Positions 27,099 to 37,075 of a stretch of 64,000 bases of DNA are shown here, one piece after another. Numbering within the stretch: position 1 is the stretch's first letter; each line of letters begins with the position of its first letter. A model generated the notes under the pieces. That model searched no databases. It saw only the letters and a list, made by a program, of their open reading frames with translations, and had not been told where the DNA came from. The position numbers were made by a program, and so were the translations under genes. The DNA is taken from assembly GCA_963801165.1 (NCBI GenBank), contig CAWDDT010000011.1, positions 32,001 through 96,000 on the forward strand, given 5' to 3'. This stretch comes from an uncultured bacterium. GTDB taxonomy: Bacteria > Actinomycetota > Acidimicrobiia > Spongiisociales > UBA5794.

Positions 27099-29018
27099 GT
27101 GACAACACTCGATGCGAAGGTCCCCGAGGGACCGATTCAGGAGAAGTGGACCAACCACCAGTTCGATATCAACCTGGTGAACCCGGCCAACAAGCGCAAG
27201 TACGAGATCATCATCGTAGGAACCGGTCTCGCCGGAGCCTCGGCGGCGGCAACGCTCGGCGAGCTCGGGTACAAGGTGACCGTTTTCACCTACCACGACA
27301 GCCCGCGGCGCGCCCACTCCATCGCCGCCCAGGGTGGAATCAACGCCGCCAAGAACTATCCCAACGACGGCGACTCGGTGTACCGGCTGTTCTACGACAC
27401 CGTCAAGGGTGGTGACTACCGGTCCCGCGAGGCAAACGTGTACCGGCTCGCCGAGGTCTCCAACGAGATCATCGACCAGTGCACCGCCCAGGGTGTGCCG
27501 TTCGCCAGGGAGTACGGGGGTCTTCTCGACAACCGGTCCTTCGGCGGAGCTCAGGTGTCCCGCACGTTCTATGCCAGGGGCCAAACCGGCCAGCAACTGC
27601 TGCTCGGCGCCTATCAAGCGCTCGCCCGCCAGATCGCACTCGGCAACGTCACGCTCTACAACCGCACCGAGATGCTCGACGTCGTCATCGACGAGGGCCG
27701 GGCCGTCGGCATCGTCGTCCGCGATATGGTGAACGGGAAGATCAGCTCGCATTCGGCTCACGCCGTTGTGCTGGCGACCGGCGGATACAGCAACGTGTTC
27801 TTCCTGTCGACGAACGCCATGGCGTGCAACGCCACTGCGATCTGGCGTGCCCACCGCAAAGGTGCCTTCTTCGCCAACCCGTGCTTCACCCAGATCCACC
27901 CGACATGCATCCCCGTGCACGACGAGTTCCAGTCGAAGCTGACACTGATGTCCGAGTCGCTGCGCAACGACGGGCGCATCTGGGTGCCCTCCGACGCGGA
28001 CGACACCAGACCGCCCAACACGATCCCGGAGGCCGAGCGCGACTACTACCTGGAGCGCATCTACCCGGCTTTCGGCAACCTCGTCCCTCGCGACGTCGCC
28101 TCCCGGGCGGCGATGCGGATGATCGACCAGAATCGGGGGGTCGGGCCTCTCAAGAACGGGGTCTATCTCGACTTCGCCGATGCCATCAGCCGTCTCGGCA
28201 AAGACGTCATAGAGGCTCGCTACGGCAACTTGTTCGAGATGTACGAGCGCATCACCGACGACAACCCGTACCAGGTACCGATGCGGATCTACCCCGCCCC
28301 CCATTACACGATGGGTGGTCTCTGGGTCGACTACAACCTGATGACCTCAGTGCCCGGGCTCTACGCCATCGGGGAAGCGAACTTCTCCGACCACGGCGCC
28401 AACCGGCTCGGGGCCAGCGCCCTGATGCAGGGTCTCGCCGACGGCTACTTCGTGCTCCCCTACACGATCGCCGACTACCTGGCCGACTGGCTCAACACGA
28501 CCCCGGTGCCCACCGACCACGAGGTCTTCCGACAAGCGGAGCAGGATGTCGACGAGCGGCTCTCCCGGCTCCTCTCGATCAGCGGGACCCGTACCGTCGA
28601 CTCGTTCCACCGCGAGTTGGGCAAGATCATGATCGAGTACTGCGGATTGGCGAGGAGCCGCCCCGGCCTCGAGAAGGCGCTCAGCGAGATCCCGGCCCTG
28701 CGCGAGGAATTCTGGGCCAATGTCAAGGTGCCCGGCACCGGAGACAGCTACAACAGCGAGCTCGCCAGGGCATCCCGGGTCGGCGACTTCTTCGAGCTCG
28801 CCGAGTTGATGTGCCGCGACGCTCTCGAGCGTGAGGAATCATGCGGAGGCCACTTCCGGCTCGAGCACCAGACCGAGGAAGGGGAGGCGAAGCGAGACGA
28901 CGTCAACCAGGCGCACTCCTCAGCGTGGGAGTGGACCGGGTACGGGCAACCGGAGACGCATCACAAGGAGACTCTCGACTTCGAGTATGTCCACCTGGCG
29001 CAAAGGAGCTACAAATAA
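27099..29018 (+). CDS. sdhA: Succinate dehydrogenase/fumarate reductase flavoprotein
   Basis: [38 protein letters not shown]. Confidence 0.96.
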   Translation: MTTLDAKVPEGPIQEKWTNHQFDINLVNPANKRKYEIIIVGTGLAGASAAATLGELGYKVTVFTYHDSPRRAHSIAAQGGINAAKNYPNDGDSVYRLFYDTVKGGDYRSREANVYRLAEVSNEIIDQCTAQGVPFAREYGGLLDNRSFGGAQVSRTFYARGQTGQQLLLGAYQALARQIALGNVTLYNRTEMLDVVIDEGRAVGIVVRDMVNGKISSHSAHAVVLATGGYSNVFFLSTNAMACNATAIWRAHRKGAFFANPCFTQIHPTCIPVHDEFQSKLTLMSESLRNDGRIWVPSDADDTRPPNTIPEAERDYYLERIYPAFGNLVPRDVASRAAMRMIDQNRGVGPLKNGVYLDFADAISRLGKDVIEARYGNLFEMYERITDDNPYQVPMRIYPAPHYTMGGLWVDYNLMTSVPGLYAIGEANFSDHGANRLGASALMQGLADGYFVLPYTIADYLADWLNTTPVPTDHEVFRQAEQDVDERLSRLLSISGTRTVDSFHRELGKIMIEYCGLARSRPGLEKALSEIPALREEFWANVKVPGTGDSYNSELARASRVGDFFELAELMCRDALEREESCGGHFRLEHQTEEGEAKRDDVNQAHSSAWEWTGYGQPETHHKETLDFEYVHLAQRSYK

Positions 29019-29779
29019 TGGATCTCGCCCTCAAGGTGTGGCGCCAGGACGGCCCCGACAAACCGGGAGAGTTCCGGGAGTACGAAGCCAAGGGCATCAG
29101 CCCCGAAGCGTCGTTCTTGGAGATGCTCGACCTGGTCAACGAACGACTCGTCATGGCCGGCGAGATACCCATCGAGTTCGATCATGATTGCCGGGAAGGG
29201 ATCTGCGGAACCTGCGGCGTCATGATCAACGGTCATCCGCACGGTGATCAGAAGGGCACCGCCACCTGCCAGCTCCATATGCGCAAGTTCAACGACGGCG
29301 ATCGCATCGTCATCGAGCCATGGCGGGCGCAGGGCATGCCGATCGTACGGGACCTCGTCGTCGACCGCTCGGCGCTCGATCGCATCGTTGAGGCGGGCGG
29401 CTACATCAGCGTCAACACGGGTGGGGCGCCCGACGCCAACCTGATCCCGGTGCCCAAGGAAGCATCTGAAGCGGCCATGGACGCGGCCGCGTGCATTGGT
29501 TGTGCCGCCTGCATCGCCGCATGCCCCAACAGTGCCGGGCAGCTGTTCACGGCGGCGAAGCTGGCTCACCTGAACCTGCTCCCCCAGGGCCAGCCCGAGC
29601 GGTACCAGCGCACGGTCGCGATGGTGGAGAAGATGGAGGAGTTCTTCGGCTCCTGCACCAACCACGCCGAGTGTGAGCAAGCCTGCCCCAAGAGCATCAG
29701 CATCGACAACATCGCACTCATGAACCGCGATTACATGATCGCCAAGTTCAAAGACCGCAGAAAGGCCGGCCAGGCCTGA
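29018..29779 (+). CDS. sdhB: Succinate dehydrogenase iron-sulfur subunit
   Basis: TAATG overlap; [29 protein letters not shown]. Confidence 0.95.
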   Translation: MDLALKVWRQDGPDKPGEFREYEAKGISPEASFLEMLDLVNERLVMAGEIPIEFDHDCREGICGTCGVMINGHPHGDQKGTATCQLHMRKFNDGDRIVIEPWRAQGMPIVRDLVVDRSALDRIVEAGGYISVNTGGAPDANLIPVPKEASEAAMDAAACIGCAACIAACPNSAGQLFTAAKLAHLNLLPQGQPERYQRTVAMVEKMEEFFGSCTNHAECEQACPKSISIDNIALMNRDYMIAKFKDRRKAGQA

Positions 29780-30028
29780 GCTTCGCTCAGCCTCGAGCCA
29801 CGCCCTCCAGCCGGACTCCGCCGATGGCTCGAGGGGATTGTGGTGAATGGCGTGGGGCGTGTTCCGGTGATCTCGTCCCTGCTGCGGATGCCCTTTCGAG
29901 GAAGGTTCAGTCGGAGCAGGTCGGGCGATACCGTTCGGGTGGCGCCTCGAGCATCTTTTGGACCGAACGCTCAAATTTTGCCGTCGCCGCTACAATCCCG
30001 AACGACGGCAAACAGAAGGATTCCCAGA

Positions 30029-30415
30029 ATGGGCGTGAAGTTCCTGAGCGACGACCACCTTACGGCAGCGACCACTGCCCTCGGCGCCAACGGCGCCTTC
30101 TCCAACTCAATCGCCAACATCGACATGGGCATCCAATTCCATGTCACCGAGGCACCCGAAGGCGAGATCGATTTCTACCTCAATGTGAGCGACGGGTCCG
30201 CCACGATGGCAGCCGGCGAGTTGGACGGCGCCGACGTAACCATCACCAGCAGCCATGAAACGGCACTCGCTCTCTTCAACGGCGACCTCAACACCCAGAT
30301 GGCATTCATGACCGGCAAGATCAAGGTCGCCGGCAACCTGGCCGTCCTCATGATGAACCAGGGTGTCATCAACCAGTGGGCCGCCACCATGGCAGAGGTC
30401 GACGTCGAGGCTTGA
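30029..30415 (+). CDS. SCP2 sterol-binding domain protein
   Basis: ADVTI, AFMTGKIKVAGN; RBS gaagga before ATG 30029. Confidence 0.88.
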   Translation: MGVKFLSDDHLTAATTALGANGAFSNSIANIDMGIQFHVTEAPEGEIDFYLNVSDGSATMAAGELDGADVTITSSHETALALFNGDLNTQMAFMTGKIKVAGNLAVLMMNQGVINQWAATMAEVDVEA

Positions 30416-30508
30416 GCCGGCTCAGCCGGGCCCGGCGGAAACCCGGTATCAACCCGACCAGATACGCATCTCTTCTATAGGCTTGTCCAAAGCCGGGAGG
30501 AGTGTCCG

Positions 30509-32293
30509 ATGTGGGATCAGTATCTGGCCGATCGTGGTGATCCGTGGGACTACGACCCGGGCCCGCCCCGTAATCGCAGCTGGCCACGGTTGTTTGCCGA
30601 CACACCCAACTACCGGGCCATCGGCGTCGACCTGACCGGGAGGGAATCGTTTCGGTGGCATTTCGGCCCGATGTTCTATCGAGGCCGGCTCGGAGACAAC
30701 GAGGTCAAGGTCCTCGTCGTCGGGCAGGAGGGGGCACAGGACGAGTCGCTCTCGCACCGCTCGTTCACCGGCGGCACCGGCGCCCGCATGCAATATCTGC
30801 TCGAGCACATCGGCCTCACCCACTCGTATCTCTTTCTCAACACGTTCGTGTACCCGATCTTCGGCCAATACCACGACTCCTTGCGACCGCTTGCCCAGGA
30901 CCCGGCATCACCAATAGTCGCCCACCGTCACGAAATTCTCGACTACCTCGTGGCACGGAACGATCTGAGGCTGGTGATTGCGGTTGGCCGCGCCGCCAAG
31001 GAGACGATCGCCACGTGGATCAAGTCGCACGGCGGGACGGCGCAACCCGAGAGCCTGCACACCGCACACGCCAATGTGATCGACCCTCACCTCAAGGCAC
31101 TCGGCGTTCTCCATCCCGGAGGAGCTACCAAAGGTGGCTCGGTGAGCGCAATCATCGCCGACTTCAAGACGGCAATCCGGCGCATCGAGCGTTGGAACCG
31201 CGACGACGCCTCCTGGCTGCCGCCCGATCCGGGAGCAGAGCGGCGCCCGGCGGACGACTATGCGTACAGGTCGGCGCCGATTCCGTTCCGCGACCTGCCC
31301 TACGGTGTCGCCTGGCGCCTGGGCCGGGGTGCCACCTCGAGCAACAGGAGCAGCGACCAGCGCTCCATCCAGATCTTCTCGGCCGACGGCAAGTACAACA
31401 ACCGGGGAGACAGTCTCTCCTATCTCTCGAATGCCGACGGTTCTGCAGACGGATACAGCCAGGACGCCGGCGACCTCCCGTACGAGCCTCCCAAACACGA
31501 CTACCGCGACTTCGATCGGGGCCCGAGCCGGTCGCTCGCTCAGCTTCTCGCCGGCGGATCGCCCGGTCTTCCCTGGCCCGATTTCTCGTCGCTCGGGCTG
31601 CACTGCCACCCATCCTTCGGGCTGGGACCGATCTATCGCGGCAAGCTACACCGGCCCTCTGTCGTGGTCCTGGCCGACCAACAGTCGTACGACGACCTGT
31701 TCACGTGCCGGGCACTTACCGGCGACGGAGGTCAGCATCTGCAGGCATTCCTGCGCGCAGCAGGGTTGACCGAGAACTACGCCATCTTGCGGGTGCTCCC
31801 GGTCGACACGCTCGCCGAGAGCTCCACAACGGTCCGGTCCGCGGTTGACCACCCCACGACGAGAGCTCTCCACGCGGCCATCGTGGCGCGGCTCGCTCCC
31901 ACGGTCGTCGTCGTCGCCGGCCCCCAGGCACGGCGCCTCGCCGGTCACCTGTCGCTTGCGGCGCCGATCGTCGAGATGAAGGCGTCCGGCCAGAGTGGGT
32001 ATACCGCCGACTGGAGACGGGCGCTGCACGAGCTGGAATCGCTCAGCTACCCCAGGGACCTCGCCCACCCGGCCTTCGACTATCAGGGCGAGCGGGAGCA
32101 GATCCCACGCCGGGACCTCCCGTTCGGGACGCTCCGCTGGCAAGGCACATCGGGGGACCGGGCGTTGCAGGCACAGCACGGAGGCAAGCCGTCGTACGAC
32201 TATTACAAGCTCGTTATGCCCAAATGGGCCTACCAGCTCGTTCCCGAGCCGCTCACGGCCCGGGAACGCCACGCTCTCGACCCGCTGCGGTGA
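30509..32293 (+). CDS. Protein with two tandem uracil-DNA glycosylase-like domains
   Basis: Domain 1: GPMFYRGRL..VLVVGQEGAQDE...SFTGGTGARMQ..L...G....YLFLNTF ... VIAVG ... LHPG. Domain 2: GPIYRGKL..VVVLADQQSYDD...ALTGDGGQHLQAFL..AG...Y..L. Confidence 0.75.
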   Translation: MWDQYLADRGDPWDYDPGPPRNRSWPRLFADTPNYRAIGVDLTGRESFRWHFGPMFYRGRLGDNEVKVLVVGQEGAQDESLSHRSFTGGTGARMQYLLEHIGLTHSYLFLNTFVYPIFGQYHDSLRPLAQDPASPIVAHRHEILDYLVARNDLRLVIAVGRAAKETIATWIKSHGGTAQPESLHTAHANVIDPHLKALGVLHPGGATKGGSVSAIIADFKTAIRRIERWNRDDASWLPPDPGAERRPADDYAYRSAPIPFRDLPYGVAWRLGRGATSSNRSSDQRSIQIFSADGKYNNRGDSLSYLSNADGSADGYSQDAGDLPYEPPKHDYRDFDRGPSRSLAQLLAGGSPGLPWPDFSSLGLHCHPSFGLGPIYRGKLHRPSVVVLADQQSYDDLFTCRALTGDGGQHLQAFLRAAGLTENYAILRVLPVDTLAESSTTVRSAVDHPTTRALHAAIVARLAPTVVVVAGPQARRLAGHLSLAAPIVEMKASGQSGYTADWRRALHELESLSYPRDLAHPAFDYQGEREQIPRRDLPFGTLRWQGTSGDRALQAQHGGKPSYDYYKLVMPKWAYQLVPEPLTARERHALDPLR

Positions 32294-32297
32294 CGAC

Positions 32298-35200
32298 ATG
32301 GCACCAACCCCGATCGACCAACCGCTGAGCCCCACCTACGTCCTGGACGGCAGGGTGGTGACGATGAACGCCACGTTCGACGTGATCGACCGGGGCCGGG
32401 TCTATGTCGCTGCGGGAGCGATCGTGGCGGTGACCCCGGACGACGCTCCCCCGCCCGACGGCTTCGCAGGCGCGCCGCTCATCCGCACCGGAGCAACGAT
32501 CTACCCGGGGATGATCGAGCTGCACAACCACCTCAGCTACGACGTGCTCCCGCTCTGGCAGGTGCCCCGCCGCTATGGAAACCGCGGCAACTGGCGCGAC
32601 AGTCCGGATAAGAAGAGGCTCATCAGCGGGCCGATGAAGGTGTTGGGCAGCACCGCCGGCGTCATCGAGGCGATCGTCCGCTACGTCGAAGCGAAGGCGC
32701 TGTTGGCCGGGGCCACGACATCGCAGGGAATCACGCTGATCAACACGGCGATACCCCACCACTACCGGGGGATCGTCCGCAACGTCGAACAGACCGAGGA
32801 CCCCGAGCTGCCCAACGCCAGCACCCGGGTAGGCGACGTGACGGACGCGGTCGCCTTCAAGAAGCGACTGGAGAAGTCGTCCACACTGCTTCTGCACCTG
32901 GCCGAGGGTGTTGACAACACCGCCCGGGAGCAATTCAAGGCGCTCAAGATCAAGGCCAGAGACTGGGCAATCACCGATGCTCTCGCCGGCATCCATTGCG
33001 CCGGGCTGGTGGGTCGTGACTACGCCACCCTGCGCAGCCGCGGCGGGACAATGGTGTGGTCGCCGCTGTCCAACCTGCTGCTATACGGCGGCACTGCTGA
33101 CATCCAGCGTGCCGTCGACGAAGGCGTTCTGATCGCCCTTGGCTCAGATTGGTCACCGAGCGGGAGCAAAAACCTTCTCGGCGAGCTGAAGGTCGCCAAA
33201 CTCGTCAACCATCTGGCCGGCGACCCCCTATCCGCCCGCGACATCGTCGCCATGGCAACCATCAATCCTGCCCGTATTGTCAAGTGGGACAAGGCGCTCG
33301 GGTCGATCGAGCCGGGCAAGCGAGCGGACCTGATCGTGATCGATGACCGGGGCGGCGATCCCTACGACCACATCATCGAGGCCCGCGAGAGCACGGTAAC
33401 TCTTGCGGTCATCAACGGGGTGCCCCGGTACGGCCAGCAGCGTTTGATGAAGAGGTTCCCGGGGACAACCGAGTCATTCGACCTCGACGGCTCGAAGCGC
33501 GCCTTCAACTTCGCACAGGAGACCGCAGACCCCGTCGTCGCAGCCATGTCACTCGAGGAGGCGGCAGGACGACTCGAGGAGGCGATGAGCCGGGTCCCAG
33601 ATCTCGCCCGCGCCCTCGCCGACCCGATAGCGGCGCGCACCGCGTTCGGCATCACGGCCGCCGGTCAACCCGGCCGGTGGGTTCTCGACCTCGACAACGA
33701 GGGATCCGACCACCTGGCGCTCGCCCCCGACTCTTTCGCCGAGCGGCTGATCGCCGGGGAGAGCGATGTTCTCGACCAAACCCTCGGGGGTATCCGGCTC
33801 GACCCGCTTTCGATCGTCCAGGACGGCGAGTTCTTCCAGCGCATCTCCAACCAGACGAACCTACCGCCTCTCCTGGTCGAGGAGCTGCCGAAGTACTACG
33901 GGCGGACGGCACCCGCCCCCGATCCAAGCGTGGTGGGGATGACGACGGCCGACACCATACCGGTCCCCGAGCGCGGGCCGGCAACGGTGGCCGAGCTGAA
34001 CCGGGCCACCGGACTGTTGTCGCTCGAAGATCGCAAGCTGCTCGTCGACCAGGCGCGGGTGCTGCTGGAGGATGCTTACGTGCACCTGCAGTTGAAGCGG
34101 TCGATGCATGCGGTCGAGCCGATCCAGCGCCTCCGGCTCCTCCGCCACGAGCTGGAGCGGAACACAGAGAGCAGCGTCGAGCCGGAAGCCCAGTTTCACC
34201 GCAAGCTCACCGAGATCTTCACCGACCTACGCGACCTACACACCAACTACCTGCTTCCCTCACCATTCAAGGAACACACCGCCTTTCTCCCCTTCCTCGC
34301 CGAGGAATGCTTCGACCCCGATGGCACGGCGCACTACCTGGTGACGAAGCTGGCTCCCGACTTCAACCATCCGACGTTCACACCCGGCGCCGAGCTGCTC
34401 TACTGGAACGGGACCCCGATCCGGGCCGCAATCCAGGCCAATGCCGACCGCCAGGCAGGTAGCAACCCGGCCGCTAGTTTCAGCCGTGGCCTCGATGCCC
34501 TCACCATCCGACCCCTCATTCGCTCCCTCCCACCCGACGAGGAATGGGTGGTAATCACCTACCGCGCCGCCGACGGCAGGGAGCTCGAGCTACGACTCGA
34601 CTGGAAGGTCTGGGCGCCGGGGGATGCTCCGGGTGTCGATCCCGACGGCGGGGCTTCGATGGACACCGCGGCCACCCTCGGATACGACATCCAGACGGAC
34701 GCGGTCAACCAGGCGCGCAAGATGCTCTACGCCCCGGCGTCCATCAGGGCGGAAACCTCCATCGGTGCGCGTATGGTCGACATGGGCGCCGATGTCCTGG
34801 CAACGACGATGCCGACCATCTTCCGCGCCAGGGAAGTCACCACACCTGCCGGTACCTTTGGCTATGTCCGGATATTCAGCTTCAACGTTCCCGACGCCGA
34901 CGGGTTTGTCGCCGAGTTCGTCCGCCTCGCCGAGCAGCTGCCCGGCTCCGGGCTGATCATCGACGTCCGCAACAACGGGGGCGGGCTGATCACCGCCGCC
35001 GAGCGGCTGCTCCAGGTGCTCACCCCGCAAAGGATCGAGCCCTCGCCCGCGCAATTCGCGACGACGCCGCTCATGCGCAGGTTGGTCGAAGGACATTCTC
35101 CGTCGCCGCTCGACGCCACATTCGACCTGAGCGCCTGGGAACCGTCGATCGATCTCGCCGTGCAGACCGGGGCGGCCTATTCGACCGCCCACCCGATCAC

Positions 35201-35855
35201 CGAGCCCTCCTCTGCGAACACCATCGGCCAGCGCTACCACGGCCCCGTCGTGCTGATCACAGATGCCCTGTGCTACTCGGCAACCGACATGTTCGCAGCC
35301 GGATTCCAGGATCACGACATCGGCTCGGTCGTAGGCGTTGCCGACGCCACGGGAGCCGGTGGCGCCAACGTGTGGACCCACGAGCTGTTGCGGGCGCTTC
35401 TCGCCGCCACCGGTGACAACCCCCTCGCGCCGCTCCCGCACGGCGCCGGGATGCGGGTGGCGGTGCGGAGGACGCTCCGGGTGGGCGCACAGTCGGGAAC
35501 ACCGGTCGAGGACCTCGGTGTGGTGCCGAATGTGCGGCACAGGATGACCGCACGTGACGTCCTCGAAGACAACCAGGATCTGATAGCCACCGCCGCCGGC
35601 CGGCTGGCAGGGCAACCGGCATATGTGCTGCAAGGGGACCTTGCAGTGGAAAGTGGTCGCACAACCCTGCGGGTGACGACGGGCAACGTCGACCGCGTCG
35701 ACGTTGCATTCGACGACCGCGTGGTCGCCACCTACGACGTAGCAGATGGCACCAAGACCTGGCGACCCACCGGCCATTCACCGAAACGGATCATACGTCT
35801 GACGGGATACGCGGGGGACAGGCTCGTCGCCGCCCGGGTTCTCGAGGTCCCGTAA
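32298..35855 (+). CDS. Amidohydrolase (deaminase-like)-S41 peptidase fusion, no signal peptide
   Basis: ATG 32298, 4 nt after the upstream stop. PGMIELHNH, LHLAEG, IHC, WSPLSN, LGSDW, GSIEPGKRADL (amidohydrolase); FGYVRIFSF, IIDVRNNGGG, CYSATDMFAAG, TGAGG (S41). Confidence 0.85.
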   Translation: MAPTPIDQPLSPTYVLDGRVVTMNATFDVIDRGRVYVAAGAIVAVTPDDAPPPDGFAGAPLIRTGATIYPGMIELHNHLSYDVLPLWQVPRRYGNRGNWRDSPDKKRLISGPMKVLGSTAGVIEAIVRYVEAKALLAGATTSQGITLINTAIPHHYRGIVRNVEQTEDPELPNASTRVGDVTDAVAFKKRLEKSSTLLLHLAEGVDNTAREQFKALKIKARDWAITDALAGIHCAGLVGRDYATLRSRGGTMVWSPLSNLLLYGGTADIQRAVDEGVLIALGSDWSPSGSKNLLGELKVAKLVNHLAGDPLSARDIVAMATINPARIVKWDKALGSIEPGKRADLIVIDDRGGDPYDHIIEARESTVTLAVINGVPRYGQQRLMKRFPGTTESFDLDGSKRAFNFAQETADPVVAAMSLEEAAGRLEEAMSRVPDLARALADPIAARTAFGITAAGQPGRWVLDLDNEGSDHLALAPDSFAERLIAGESDVLDQTLGGIRLDPLSIVQDGEFFQRISNQTNLPPLLVEELPKYYGRTAPAPDPSVVGMTTADTIPVPERGPATVAELNRATGLLSLEDRKLLVDQARVLLEDAYVHLQLKRSMHAVEPIQRLRLLRHELERNTESSVEPEAQFHRKLTEIFTDLRDLHTNYLLPSPFKEHTAFLPFLAEECFDPDGTAHYLVTKLAPDFNHPTFTPGAELLYWNGTPIRAAIQANADRQAGSNPAASFSRGLDALTIRPLIRSLPPDEEWVVITYRAADGRELELRLDWKVWAPGDAPGVDPDGGASMDTAATLGYDIQTDAVNQARKMLYAPASIRAETSIGARMVDMGADVLATTMPTIFRAREVTTPAGTFGYVRIFSFNVPDADGFVAEFVRLAEQLPGSGLIIDVRNNGGGLITAAERLLQVLTPQRIEPSPAQFATTPLMRRLVEGHSPSPLDATFDLSAWEPSIDLAVQTGAAYSTAHPITEPSSANTIGQRYHGPVVLITDALCYSATDMFAAGFQDHDIGSVVGVADATGAGGANVWTHELLRALLAATGDNPLAPLPHGAGMRVAVRRTLRVGAQSGTPVEDLGVVPNVRHRMTARDVLEDNQDLIATAAGRLAGQPAYVLQGDLAVESGRTTLRVTTGNVDRVDVAFDDRVVATYDVADGTKTWRPTGHSPKRIIRLTGYAGDRLVAARVLEVP

Positions 35856-35904
35856 AGACAGACCCGTAAAGACAGACCCGTAAAGACAGACCCGTAAAGA
35901 CAGA
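35849..35904 (+). repeat. 14-bp tandem repeat, 4 copies
   Basis: Perfect unit cccgtaaagacaga; the first copy contains the TAA stop of the fusion gene. Confidence 0.95.
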
Positions 35905-35933
35905 TCGGCAAGCGACTGAGTAGTCGCGAGCGC

Positions 35934-36212
35934 CTATCCCGCCCCGACTGAATCCTTGAACGCGTTTCCCGGGCGAAAGACGGGCACGGTCCTGGGTGGT
36001 ATCGGCACGGCGACACCGGTACGTGGATTGCGACCGGTGCGGGCTTGCCGGGCCTTCGGCTCAAACGTGCCAAACCCGCTGAGTGTCACCGAGCCATCGG
36101 CCGCCACCGCGTCGATGATGGCTTCCATCATGGCCTCGATCGTGGCCGAGACCGCAACCTTGGTCTGGCCGGTCCGGGCTGCTACCTCGTCGATGAGATC
36201 CGCCTTGTTCAC
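35934..36212 (-). CDS. hup: HU family DNA-binding protein
   Basis: (M)NKADLI...GFGTF...ARTGRNPRTG...PVFRPG; RBS aggag before GTG 36212. Confidence 0.95.
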   Translation of the reverse strand: MNKADLIDEVAARTGQTKVAVSATIEAMMEAIIDAVAADGSVTLSGFGTFEPKARQARTGRNPRTGVAVPIPPRTVPVFRPGNAFKDSVGAG

Positions 36213-36313
36213 GCACCCGCTCCTGTATGTCTGCCTCGGCAAGACCATACCCAGGCGAACGCCGCCACCCAAGGATGTCGCGACCCACCAACCAGGGCTT
36301 GCCAGCTATGTGA

Positions 36314-37075
36314 TCAGCCGAGGCTGAAGTAGCGAGGCTCGTCTCCCGGGGCGTTCAGGTACAGCTCGAGGCCGGCGGCGACGTCCGCGCTGGCCACCGG
36401 CATACAGATGTGCGCCGTGAAACTCTCTCCCGGCAGGGCCTCGAGAACGTCGTAGAGCGAATCGGGCACCACGCCGCAGCCGGGAATCGACGGGAGATAC
36501 TGCTTGTCACCGGCGACCACCGCCCACTCGAACACCGGCTCGGCAACGTTGTTGCCGAGGTACGTTCCCTCGATTGTCACCAGCACGTCCTGGTAGCCGG
36601 GCTCCGGCTTGGGGTTGATATCGGCGAAGCCGAGGACGGTGTCGGTCGCATCGAGCTCCACGTTGGTCAGAGCTATGTCCCACACGCCGGGATCGGCCTC
36701 GATCACCTCGCCGACCGGAACCGGATCGGTCTCCGTCGCCTCCGCTGTGGTACGGGGCAAACGCTCGTCTATTGGAGGGGGCGGAATCGTGGTGGTGGTA
36801 GTAGTAGTGGTGGTAGTGACTTCGATCGTCGTCCCGGTCTCAGGCTGGGCGGCGGTCGTAGTGGTCGTCGCCGCTCCCGCCACGGCCGCGCTGGTGGTGG
36901 CAACAGTCGACGTGGTGGCACCAGTCGACGGGTTGTCGGCGGTCTCAGCTGCGCCGGCCGCTACCGTCGTGGCAGTCGGCTCCGAACTCGTCGTCGATCC
37001 CCCGCCCACGGCTATCCAGACACCAACAACCGCGACGAGAGCCGCAACAGCGGCCAGAATCCACCCTCGTCTCAC
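36314..37075 (-). CDS. Membrane-anchored/secreted Thr-rich protein with C-terminal Ig-like (DUF4352-like) domain
   Basis: N-terminal hydrophobic helix, poly-Thr linker, DPVPVG...NPKPEPG...VLV..EGTY.G; coupled to the upstream large gene. Confidence 0.7.
   Translation of the reverse strand: MRRGWILAAVAALVAVVGVWIAVGGGSTTSSEPTATTVAAGAAETADNPSTGATTSTVATTSAAVAGAATTTTTAAQPETGTTIEVTTTTTTTTTTIPPPPIDERLPRTTAEATETDPVPVGEVIEADPGVWDIALTNVELDATDTVLGFADINPKPEPGYQDVLVTIEGTYLGNNVAEPVFEWAVVAGDKQYLPSIPGCGVVPDSLYDVLEALPGESFTAHICMPVASADVAAGLELYLNAPGDEPRYFSLG

Noticed and set aside
29776-30028. ncRNA between sdhB and the SCP2 gene
   Set aside because: Hairpins at 29776-29834 are explained as a terminator region and the rest as promoter; no RNA family recognised
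31995-32297. Longer start for the amidohydrolase-S41 gene
   Set aside because: Overlaps the UDG-like gene in another frame with low-information sequence; ATG 32298 fits the operon spacing
35849-35904. Possible CRISPR array or plasmid iterons
   Set aside because: No spacers and no cas or rep gene; simple tandem repeat
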